Part shown: piece by piece, positions 1-6,019 of the stretch
How the letters are laid out: each line of letters begins with the position of its first letter
Numbering within the stretch: position 1 is the first letter of the stretch
Source: Candidatus Micrarchaeia archaeon
Lineage (GTDB): Archaea; Micrarchaeota; Micrarchaeia; Anstonellales; Bilamarchaeaceae
Length of the DNA: 10,448 nucleotides
Direction of reading: 5' to 3'
Assembly: GCA_046538155.1 (NCBI GenBank)
Contig: JBKHJL010000033.1
Coordinates: 1-10,448, forward strand
The notes under the pieces: model-generated
Told to the model about the DNA's origin: nothing
Databases searched by the model: none
What the model saw: only the letters and a program-made list of their open reading frames with translations
Position numbers and translations under genes: made by a program

Positions 1-164
1 TTCAGCCCGCAGATAGCCCGCGAACAAACTTCAGGTTTTAGCGAATGCTTTTATTTCTGGTGCAAGAGCAAATCTGATGGGGGTCTCGAACAGAGGTATT
101 TCCCAAATAGACTCCCTTTATTTTCTTTTCCTTCCTTCATTTTCTTGCAACAGGAGGCAAATCC

Positions 165-527
165 ATGAAACAATTCTTTAATTTCAGCAGAGGCAACATC
201 ATCCGTTTTATCCTTTTCTCCGCAATCATCGCATTTGTATATCTTGAAGGAATGATCTCCATTACCTTATTCATCTTTTTCGAAATCATCTTTTTCATCC
301 GGTTTATCAATGTAAAGAAATACGTGGAGATGAAGTTCCTTGACCACTATCCTGCGTATGAGCATCTTCCAGGGTGGGCAAAATGGTTAATAATCCTAAT
401 CACATACCTGATAATCTTCCTAATCTTCAAATGGATATTGATCAACATAATCCTGGAAGGAATATTCCACATTCCCGTAAACAACGAGATTCATGGGATT
501 GCAAACTACCCCATGAGTAAAAATTGA
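165..527 (+). CDS. Small hypothetical integral membrane protein (120 aa, about 3 hydrophobic segments)
   Basis: ATG at 165 is preceded by AGGAGG at 152-157. Long Ile/Phe/Leu-rich stretches (FILFSAIIAFVYLEGMISITLFIFFEIIFFI; WLIILITYLIIFLIFKWILINIIL). No family recognised. Confidence 0.7.
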   Translation: MKQFFNFSRGNIIRFILFSAIIAFVYLEGMISITLFIFFEIIFFIRFINVKKYVEMKFLDHYPAYEHLPGWAKWLIILITYLIIFLIFKWILINIILEGIFHIPVNNEIHGIANYPMSKN

Positions 528-534
528 TGCCCAG

Positions 535-672
535 TAGCGTAAAGCGGGTCATGTTTTCTTGAGCTCTGCTCAAGAGATGTAACCGGATCGTGAACTTTGT
601 TCAGGAGAAGAAAGCGAAGCTTTCTCAGAGGTTACAAGGATTACAGAAGTTTTTACTTCTAGCGTAAAACGG
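535..672. repeat. Hairpin cluster flanked by 13-bp imperfect direct repeats
   Basis: Direct repeats TAGCGTAAAGCGG (535-547) and TAGCGTAAAACGG (660-672). Inverted repeats: TCTTGAGC-tct-GCTCAAGA (557-575); TGTAACC (578-584)/GGTTACA (630-636), enclosing TGAAC-ttt-GTTCA (591-603) and AGAAAGC-gaa-GCTTTCT (609-625); AGAAGT-tttt-ACTTCT (645-660). Confidence 0.65.
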
Positions 673-675
673 CAG

Positions 676-683
676 AAAAAAAA
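676..683 (-). terminator. Oligo-T tract downstream of tRNA-Ser, probable archaeal terminator
   Basis: A8 on the + strand reads T8 on the - strand, beginning 4 nt after the tRNA discriminator base. Confidence 0.55.
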
Positions 684-686
684 TTT

Positions 687-770
687 CGCCGAGAGGGAGA
701 TTCGAACTCCCAAGCCCCGAAGGGCACCAGATCTCAAGTCTGGCGCATTACCGGATTCTGCCATCTCGGC
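687..770 (-). tRNA. tRNA-Ser(TGA), intron-less, CCA not encoded
   Basis: Reverse complement is GCCGAGATGGCAGAATCCGGTAATGCGCCAGACTTGAGATCTGGTGCCCTTCGGGGCTTGGGAGTTCGAATCTCCCTCTCGGCG. Acceptor stem GCCGAGA/TCTCGGC; anticodon arm CCAGA-CTTGAGA-TCTGG (anticodon TGA); long variable arm GCCC-TTCG-GGGC; T-arm GGGAG-TTCGAAT-CTCCC; G73 discriminator typical of Ser. Confidence 0.96.
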
Positions 771-795
771 ATGGTTTGGAATTAACGAAGAAAAG

Positions 796-812
796 AAAAT
801 AAAAACCCTTCC
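796..812 (-). promoter_or_regulatory. Possible BRE/TATA-like promoter of tRNA-Ser; the T-rich stretch may also terminate the relE transcript
   Basis: Minus strand reads GGAAGGG-TTTTTATTTT, about 26-35 nt upstream of the mature tRNA 5' end. Confidence 0.4.
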
Positions 813-1073
813 CTATCTGGGCAGATGCTTATAGGATTTTTTGCGGTGCTCTATTGTCATTACCAGCAACATCCCCTCTTCAGTTTTCAGCTCGATTATG
901 ATTCTTTGGTCCCCTGCCCTCAAACTATAATATGGATATCCTACGAGCCTTTTTAGGAAATGTGCTGGCCGTATCCGGCACCTCTCCAAGGCCGAAATTA
1001 TTCTTCCTTGGTCTTCCTTTCCCAATTTTGCAAAAAGTTTCTTTGCTTCATCTGAAAAGAGCACAGAGTACAT
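813..1073 (-). CDS. relE: Type II toxin, RelE/ParE superfamily (RelE-like mRNA interferase)
   Basis: 86 aa and basic. MYSVLFSDEAKK start, YSLRAGDQRII (family LRxGDYRII) and C-terminal IEHRKKSY (family xGHRxxIY). Start overlaps the antitoxin stop (TGATG at 1073). Confidence 0.88.
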   Translation of the reverse strand: MYSVLFSDEAKKLFAKLGKEDQGRIISALERCRIRPAHFLKRLVGYPYYSLRAGDQRIIIELKTEEGMLLVMTIEHRKKSYKHLPR

Positions 1074-1294
1074 CAGAGTCCGAACTCCTTCTTTACTGAT
1101 TCAAGGCTGTGCACGCGACCTGCCTTCACATCCTTTTCTGCTCTTGCCAGGGATTCCTTGGTTTCAGCTGAAAGCTCAGAAACATCTTCAAGAAGGTCTT
1201 CAATTACCTCCTCATAAGTCTCACGCTCGTAAAGCTTTCTTTTTTTGAGCTTTTCCAGAAGCTCTTCTGAAACCTGGATAGAAGTATTTGCCAT
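1073..1294 (-). CDS. Antitoxin of the RelE-like toxin (ribbon-helix-helix-like N-terminus, acidic C-terminal region)
   Basis: 73 aa. TSIQVSEELLEKLKK...ETYEEVIEDLL is an RHH-like pattern, and LSAETKESLARAEKDVKAGRVHSLESVKKEFGL resembles archaeal RelE-partner antitoxin tails. Directly upstream of the toxin and translationally coupled to it. Confidence 0.82.
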   Translation of the reverse strand: MANTSIQVSEELLEKLKKRKLYERETYEEVIEDLLEDVSELSAETKESLARAEKDVKAGRVHSLESVKKEFGL

Positions 1295-1330
1295 AGTAGA
1301 TTATAGTATGCTATGGTATTTAACTCTTCC
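1291..1330 (-). promoter_or_regulatory. TA operon promoter (BRE plus TATA) with overlapping palindromic operator
   Basis: Minus strand GGAAGAG-TTAAATA (TATA at 1317-1323) lies 23-29 nt upstream of ATG 1294, which fits a leaderless transcript. Imperfect palindrome CCATAGTAGATTATAGTATGCTATGG (1291-1316, 20/26 positions symmetric) spans the start codon. Confidence 0.65.
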
Positions 1331-1520
1331 GTTTGGCAAGAGTAATTATCGGATAATTATATGCAAATTCCCCTCCATCCATGTAATCCCGGGAATAGTG
1401 CACCGAAACAACCCCGAAATACTCCCCAATCATCTCCCTGTCCTCCGCACTGGGGCGGGAAATAATGCCAAAATCCTTCCATCTCTCGGCGTATTTTCTC
1501 CATTCGTCCTTATTTCCCAT
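1320..1520 (-). CDS. 66-aa hypothetical protein, possibly an internally deleted gene remnant
   Basis: ATG starts 8 nt after the purA stop on the same strand. Composition is protein-like (WRKYAERWKDFGIISRPSAED...EYFGVVSVHYSRDY...YPIITL). Confidence 0.55.
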   Translation of the reverse strand: MGNKDEWRKYAERWKDFGIISRPSAEDREMIGEYFGVVSVHYSRDYMDGGEFAYNYPIITLAKRKS

Positions 1521-1528
1521 GGGAAACC

Positions 1529-2527
1529 CTAGAGGAGCTCTTCCCTGCGGTCAATGATGTGTTTTGCATCAGGCCCGGTCCCGATAAGTGTAACCGGAAT
1601 CCCGAGCTTTGCCTCAACCTGGTCCAGGAACCTCCGTGCTTCCGCGGTAAGCTCTCCATATTCCGTCTGCCCTTCGTTCCCAGGGAAACGGATGTCCATT
1701 TTGGTTACTGCAATTTGGGTAGCGGAGTTAACCTGCGCCGCAAACTTCAGGTCTTCCCAGTGCAGCTCAGGCGAGGTCCTCCTGGGCCTTCCGGTAACGG
1801 TTCCGTATTCCTGGAAATTGAGCTTTACTGCTTCCTCTACTCCAATCTCTTCTGGGAAAGGGCCGTTCCCCACGCGAGTAGTATACGCCTTAATGACCAT
1901 AATTACCTGGTCTATGGAAGTGGGCCCCAGCCCTACGTCCGCAGCAATCGTGGAAGCAGATACATCCTTTGATGTTACAAATGGGTAAGTTCCATACAAG
2001 CAGGAAAGCATGAATCCCTGGGAGCCCTCCACAAAAACATCTTTTGCGTTGTTCACGGCCTGCGCCACATCCATCACATATTTCTGCATCTCCGGGACAT
2101 CTTCTATCAAAACAGCATCCCTCCTGGCACGCGATGTAACTGATGGCCCGCACCCTGTTTTAGTGGTCCCGATTTTTTTGCTCAGGGCTGCAGCTGCATC
2201 TTCTTCCTTGTGTTCAGGAGTGATTGCGGTGCATCGTTTGTCCACAAATACCCTACCCTCGGTGCCGGTCATCTCAATCTCTTTTGTGAAAACTTCCGGG
2301 TCCACGGATACCCCCGGCCCAATCATAACTTTTGAATCCGTGTTCACGAAACCAGAAGGAAGCATCCTGAGCGAATACCATTTTCCATCATACAGAACTT
2401 TGTGCCCTGCATTGGGCCCGACTCCTCCCCTGGCCACAATTTCCGGGGAATCCTTCAGTGCAATATAGGAAGATATTTTCCCTTTGCCTTCGTCACCATA
2501 TTGTCCGCCCACCAGTATATTTTTCAT
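1529..2527 (-). CDS. purA: Adenylosuccinate synthetase, short archaeal type (332 aa)
   Basis: Motifs GGQYGDEGKGK, GPNAGH, IGTTKTGCGP, EGSQG, GTYPFVTS, YTTRVGNGP, EYGTVTGRPRR, TKMD, IGTGP. Start reassigned to ATG 2527 (MKNILVGG), which has a GGTGG RBS. The longer track start overlaps the DHH gene. Confidence 0.96.
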   Translation of the reverse strand: MKNILVGGQYGDEGKGKISSYIALKDSPEIVARGGVGPNAGHKVLYDGKWYSLRMLPSGFVNTDSKVMIGPGVSVDPEVFTKEIEMTGTEGRVFVDKRCTAITPEHKEEDAAAALSKKIGTTKTGCGPSVTSRARRDAVLIEDVPEMQKYVMDVAQAVNNAKDVFVEGSQGFMLSCLYGTYPFVTSKDVSASTIAADVGLGPTSIDQVIMVIKAYTTRVGNGPFPEEIGVEEAVKLNFQEYGTVTGRPRRTSPELHWEDLKFAAQVNSATQIAVTKMDIRFPGNEGQTEYGELTAEARRFLDQVEAKLGIPVTLIGTGPDAKHIIDRREELL

Positions 2528-2537
2528 AAATCCACCA

Positions 2538-3515
2538 TCAAATTTTCTTTGAAAATATTTCAATACATTTTTCAAGGGTTTCCGCAGGTCCCGCTTTTGC
2601 CGAGCATCCTGCAGCTTTTGCATGGCCTCCCCCGCCCCCGCCAAATTCTTCTGCAAGCTCCTTCATAACTTCGTTCAGTTTTACAGGAACATGTTTCCGG
2701 GCGCGGGAAGAAATCCTGGTTTCCTTTATTTCACCTTTCCACTTTGCAGCAAATACAACATCCGCGAACTCAGAAATGGAGGATGAAATCAGTGATTCAT
2801 GTGAAGGAACTACTGTAGTTGCCACCACATACCCTCCATGCACGCTTATTTTTACTTTCCTGAATCCTTCAAGCACGGCAATTTTATATTCTGCATCCAT
2901 TTCAGGCTCAGCATCATCCAGCATCTCCCGGTATCCCCGGCCTGAAATGGAAATCATTTTTGCAAGCATTTCAAAAGTGTGGGCACGCCCGTTTTTGAAC
3001 CGCGCAGTATCCGAGATTATTGCCACCCCCAGTGCATAAGCAACTTCAGGGGAAATCTCAGGTAGAAGCTCCCCCAGCATTTCTGCTGCAGAAGGGGCAG
3101 TTTCATCCCGAATGGTAGTGTCTGCATCAAGGTTGTTCTCAGATTTATGGTGGTGGTCTACGATAAGCTTTATTTCCCATTTTTTGCCTTCCTCAAACAA
3201 TACTGATGTGGAGCAGTCCAGCAGCACAAGCCCTTCATACTCTGCAGGATTGAGTTCTTCAAGTTTTATCAGTTCCATGCCCATTTTTTCTGCAAAAGCC
3301 TCTGCCGGTGCCTCCATCTTGTCCGGAAGCGCCATCACTGCGTTGGGTAGCAGGCTTTTCACTGCATAAACCGTGCAGAGCGCATCCAGGTCCATGTTTG
3401 CGTGGCTGCTCACCACAAGTTTTGAATTCCTGTATTTTTCAAGAAAGGCAAGGAATTCCCGGCGTTTTTCCTTCAAGCGGTTTTCCGTGCCGGAATCCCC
3501 TTCAGGATGCTTCAT
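2538..3515 (-). CDS. DHH/DHHA1 family phosphoesterase (NrnA-like nanoRNase/pAp phosphatase candidate), about 325 aa
   Basis: Motifs SHANMDLDAL, LLDC, IVDHH, SDTARF and C-terminal GGGGGHAKAAG. This gene conventionally follows prefoldin beta in archaeal exosome clusters. ATG 3515 chosen (14-nt overlap with prefoldin); the start is uncertain. Confidence 0.9.
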   Translation of the reverse strand: MKHPEGDSGTENRLKEKRREFLAFLEKYRNSKLVVSSHANMDLDALCTVYAVKSLLPNAVMALPDKMEAPAEAFAEKMGMELIKLEELNPAEYEGLVLLDCSTSVLFEEGKKWEIKLIVDHHHKSENNLDADTTIRDETAPSAAEMLGELLPEISPEVAYALGVAIISDTARFKNGRAHTFEMLAKMISISGRGYREMLDDAEPEMDAEYKIAVLEGFRKVKISVHGGYVVATTVVPSHESLISSSISEFADVVFAAKWKGEIKETRISSRARKHVPVKLNEVMKELAEEFGGGGGGHAKAAGCSAKAGPAETLEKCIEIFSKKI

Positions 3516-3843
3516 CCGAAGAACCCATCTCTTCCTGCAGTTTTTTCTGGAGACGGGTAAGCTCTCCCTTGAGCTTTTCTTCCTGCTCTCCAAGGGTTTT
3601 CATCCTGCTTTCCATAAGTTCCTTCTTTTCCTCAAGGTCTTTTTTTGCATCCTCTACAGATGTTTTTATCATGACGCTTCCTATTGTTTTATACACGTCT
3701 CCTGATGCATTTTCCAGTTCCTCAAGTGCCAGCTTGGATTCCCCGAGCTGTATTTGGAACTGCTGCTTTTGCATCATTACTGCCTGAAGCTGCCTTTCAA
3801 AGTTCTGCAGCCTCACAATTTCTTTTTGCATTTCTTCTTCCAT
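3502..3843 (-). CDS. pfdB: Prefoldin beta subunit
   Basis: Coiled coil (QLQAVMMQKQQFQIQLGESKLALEEL), beta-hairpin VYKTIGSVMIK, then a second coiled coil. ATG 3843 sits just after the pcc1 stop. Confidence 0.95.
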   Translation of the reverse strand: MEEEMQKEIVRLQNFERQLQAVMMQKQQFQIQLGESKLALEELENASGDVYKTIGSVMIKTSVEDAKKDLEEKKELMESRMKTLGEQEEKLKGELTRLQKKLQEEMGSSDEAS

Positions 3844-3844
3844 A

Positions 3845-4072
3845 CTATACACCGTCTAAATCATCAATTACCTTGATGTGCCTTAGGCACGTATTCAGGG
3901 CCGCCCTCATTGCGACCGGGTCCTTTGCCCGTATTTCCACAGCAAGACTCTTCCCTTCTGCTTTTGCTTTTATGGACGAGCGCCCCGAAGCATTTTCCCC
4001 CATTGCCTTTTCCGCATCCTTTGCGCTTTTTTTGCTGGAGAATTCAAATTCCAGCTTTCCCCGGCAGTCCAT
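3845..4072 (-). CDS. pcc1: KEOPS complex subunit Pcc1
   Basis: 75 aa with RSSI...LAVEIRAKDPVAMRAALNTCLRHIKV, matching the Pcc1 motif IxAxDxxxxRAAxNxxLR. Syntenic position before prefoldin beta. Confidence 0.88.
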   Translation of the reverse strand: MDCRGKLEFEFSSKKSAKDAEKAMGENASGRSSIKAKAEGKSLAVEIRAKDPVAMRAALNTCLRHIKVIDDLDGV

Positions 4073-4080
4073 CCTATTCC

Positions 4081-4218
4081 CTAGTCCGCTCCTATTTCCT
4101 TTGCAATCGGGGGCCTCGCTTTGAAAAGCACTTTTGCCCCGGTGGAAGGAAATTCAAATGTTTTGAGGTTTGAAATGTTTACCCTGTTTCCGGTTTCCCA
4201 TTCCATGTATTCCCCCAT
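4081..4218 (-). CDS. rpoP: RNA polymerase subunit Rpo12/RpoP, cysteine-free variant (45 aa; not in the ORF track)
   Basis: Hand translation gives MGEYMEWETGNRVNISNLKTFEFPSTGAKVLFKARPPIAKEIGAD*. It fills the gap between rpl37ae and pcc1, overlaps the rpl37ae stop (alternative in-frame ATG at 4221) and has RBS AGGTGAGG at 4223-4230. The C-terminus GAKVLFKARPPIAKEI matches the Rpo12 consensus GxRILxKxRPxxxKxV. Confidence 0.85.
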   Translation of the reverse strand: MGEYMEWETGNRVNISNLKTFEFPSTGAKVLFKARPPIAKEIGAD

Positions 4219-4466
4219 CATTCCTCACCTGCCTCTTCCTTTGCCAGCATTTTTCGTGCAGTGTTCGCTGTAGGGGTGGTCAGGGTATATGCCCCGCCCG
4301 CAATTCTTGCCCCGCAGGACCGGCATTCCCAGAGCGCATAGGATATGCGCTTTACAGAGCGCTTTCCGCACTTCGGGCATTCATATGAATCCTTTTTCCG
4401 CTTTGTTGCGGTGTCCGAAAGCTTTCTTATTCTTCTTCCGTATCTTGAGCCTTTCACAGCTACCAC
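4218..4466 (-). CDS. rpl37ae: 50S ribosomal protein L37Ae (eL43)
   Basis: RYGRRIRK, CPKC...WECRSCG zinc finger and AGGAY motif. The start is GTG 4466 or, by RBS spacing (GGTGG plus 5 nt), GTG 4457. Confidence 0.96.
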   Translation of the reverse strand: MVAVKGSRYGRRIRKLSDTATKRKKDSYECPKCGKRSVKRISYALWECRSCGARIAGGAYTLTTPTANTARKMLAKEEAGEE

Positions 4467-5255
4467 CTAAAGATATTTTCTGAGTTCTTCGGATTTTTCA
4501 AATGCAGTGTCCACAAGGTCCAGTACCTCGTCTTTTTCTATTCCTGCATTGCCCGATTTCTGGATGCTTGCGATCTTCCCTTCTACTGTTCCCACGGTGA
4601 ATGACATGTCCTGTGCATATTCTTCTTCATGGGTGGGGTCCATCAGGAAGTGCTTGCCTACTTTTATAAAGCTTGTAGTCAGCGGCTTGTACTTCATGTC
4701 CAGCCCGCCGGAAAATTCATCCCTTATTATTTCACCGTTTTCCACTTTTGGGACTTTTGTATCCAGGAGTGCTGCGCACCCTGCAAGTGCCCCGGTGTCC
4801 ATCAGGTTCCCGCAGTGGTCCAGAACCCAGAGGTCCAGGAAGAGCCCCAGAACTTTTCCTTCTTCTATGAAGAACTTGTTTACATCTATTACTTCTGAGC
4901 TCCTTATTCCCCGGTCAATGACTCTGGCGAACTCAATTGTGTTCTCGCCGGGGGGCCCGGGTTCAAATGATGGGGATGCAAGTGGAACGAATTCTGCATT
5001 TGTCATGAATACGCCCTCATCAGGTCTGTCCGGAAATGGGGTCATCATATCAAATTTGACGGCTGCAAGTACTTTTGTTCCGCCTATTTCCACGAGAGCA
5101 GAGCCTTCTGCATTGGGGACTGTCCCTTTCTGCACGGAAACGTTTCTCCACTCGTTGAGCCCTCTTTCATCAAACCTCTGGTCCTTTTCCAGAAGCTCCT
5201 GGAGAAAATCCTTTCTTACTTCCCTGAGTATTTTGGTTTTTGTTTCTTCTCCCAT
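4467..5255 (-). CDS. rrp42: Exosome complex component Rrp42
   Basis: RNase PH fold: RFDERGLNEWR, AEGSALVEIGGTKV, PFPDRPDEG, FEPGPPGE, ARVIDRGIR, DHCGNLMD, DPTHEEE, IQKSG. GAGGTG RBS. Confidence 0.96.
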   Translation of the reverse strand: MGEETKTKILREVRKDFLQELLEKDQRFDERGLNEWRNVSVQKGTVPNAEGSALVEIGGTKVLAAVKFDMMTPFPDRPDEGVFMTNAEFVPLASPSFEPGPPGENTIEFARVIDRGIRSSEVIDVNKFFIEEGKVLGLFLDLWVLDHCGNLMDTGALAGCAALLDTKVPKVENGEIIRDEFSGGLDMKYKPLTTSFIKVGKHFLMDPTHEEEYAQDMSFTVGTVEGKIASIQKSGNAGIEKDEVLDLVDTAFEKSEELRKYL

Positions 5256-5264
5256 GAAAACACC

Positions 5265-5999
5265 TCACATCCTGAACTTTCCGCGCTCTCCCTTTTCATA
5301 ATTCTCTCTGAGGGCGTCTGCCTGAAGTTCATATACTTTTTCCGATGCTTCTATTGCTTCATCAATATTCCGGGCAAGCTCTTCCTTAGTTAGGAGCCCA
5401 TCCATCTGCATAAGCACGATTTTCTTGTCTTTGTGGGTAATGGCCATTGGTATGTCCGATTCCCCGAAATTGTCCTCGTCTTTTCCAAGGTCCACGACCA
5501 GCTTTCCTTCCAGCTTGCCAACGGCAATCCCAGAAACCATGTCCTTCATTGGAATTCCCGCATCTGCCAGCGCAACTGCTGCCGCGGTAAGGGATGCAAC
5601 GCGCGTTCCACCCTCTGCCTGAAGCACTTCAACATACACTTCAATCTGGCTTTTAGGGAACTGCTTTGTGAGCACAACGGGCTCAAATGCCTCCCTCATC
5701 ACTTTGGAGATTTCTATGCTCCTTCTGTTGGGGCCGCTTCTTGAGTGCTCCCCTTTTGAGCAGAAAGGAGTCATGGTGTACCTTATCTTGAGCCTGGCCT
5801 TGTAGGGGTCTGTTTCATGCCTTGGAATACACTCCCTGGGGCCGAATACTCCGGCCACAACCCTGTTTCCGCCCCACTCTACATAGGCAGAGCCGTTTGC
5901 TTCCTTTAGGATTCCTGCTTCTATCTTGAGGGGCCTTATGTCCTTGAGCTCCCTTCCATCAAGCCTTTTTCCGTCTTTAATCAATTCTGGCTTTTGCAT
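5265..5999 (-). CDS. rrp41: Exosome complex exonuclease Rrp41 (phosphorolytic subunit)
   Basis: RLDGR, ANGSAYVEWG, GPRECIPRH, GPNRRSIEISK, QAEGGTR, LADAGIPM, and EDNFGESDIP with both acidic active-site positions present. Confidence 0.97.
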   Translation of the reverse strand: MQKPELIKDGKRLDGRELKDIRPLKIEAGILKEANGSAYVEWGGNRVVAGVFGPRECIPRHETDPYKARLKIRYTMTPFCSKGEHSRSGPNRRSIEISKVMREAFEPVVLTKQFPKSQIEVYVEVLQAEGGTRVASLTAAAVALADAGIPMKDMVSGIAVGKLEGKLVVDLGKDEDNFGESDIPMAITHKDKKIVLMQMDGLLTKEELARNIDEAIEASEKVYELQADALRENYEKGERGKFRM

Positions 6000-6019
6000 T
6001 CAATCACATCTTTTCAGAA

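Noticed and set aside
389..428. TAATC(C/T)T repeats in the membrane-protein gene
   Set aside because: They result from Ile/Leu/Phe codon runs in a TM helix.
730..740. Reading the tRNA as Leu(CAA) or as a selenocysteine/suppressor tRNA
   Set aside because: On the coding (minus) strand the 7-nt loop is CTTGAGA, giving anticodon TGA, which reads UCA (Ser). G73 and the 7-bp acceptor stem fit an ordinary tRNA-Ser.
570..764. 64-aa minus-strand ORF
   Set aside because: It runs through the tRNA-Ser gene and the hairpin cluster, so it is a shadow ORF.
117..803. 14-bp inverted repeat TTTATTTTCTTTTC (117-130 and 790-803) as possible transposon ends
   Set aside because: Low complexity, no transposase, no target duplication, and it would enclose a tRNA. 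Better explained as independent T-rich promoter or terminator tracts.
2528..2656. 43-aa N-terminal extension of PurA in the ORF track; similar extensions on DHH, SBDS and the surface protein
   Set aside because: These overlap neighbouring genes or promoters. Downstream ATGs match the family N-termini and RBS/TATA spacing.
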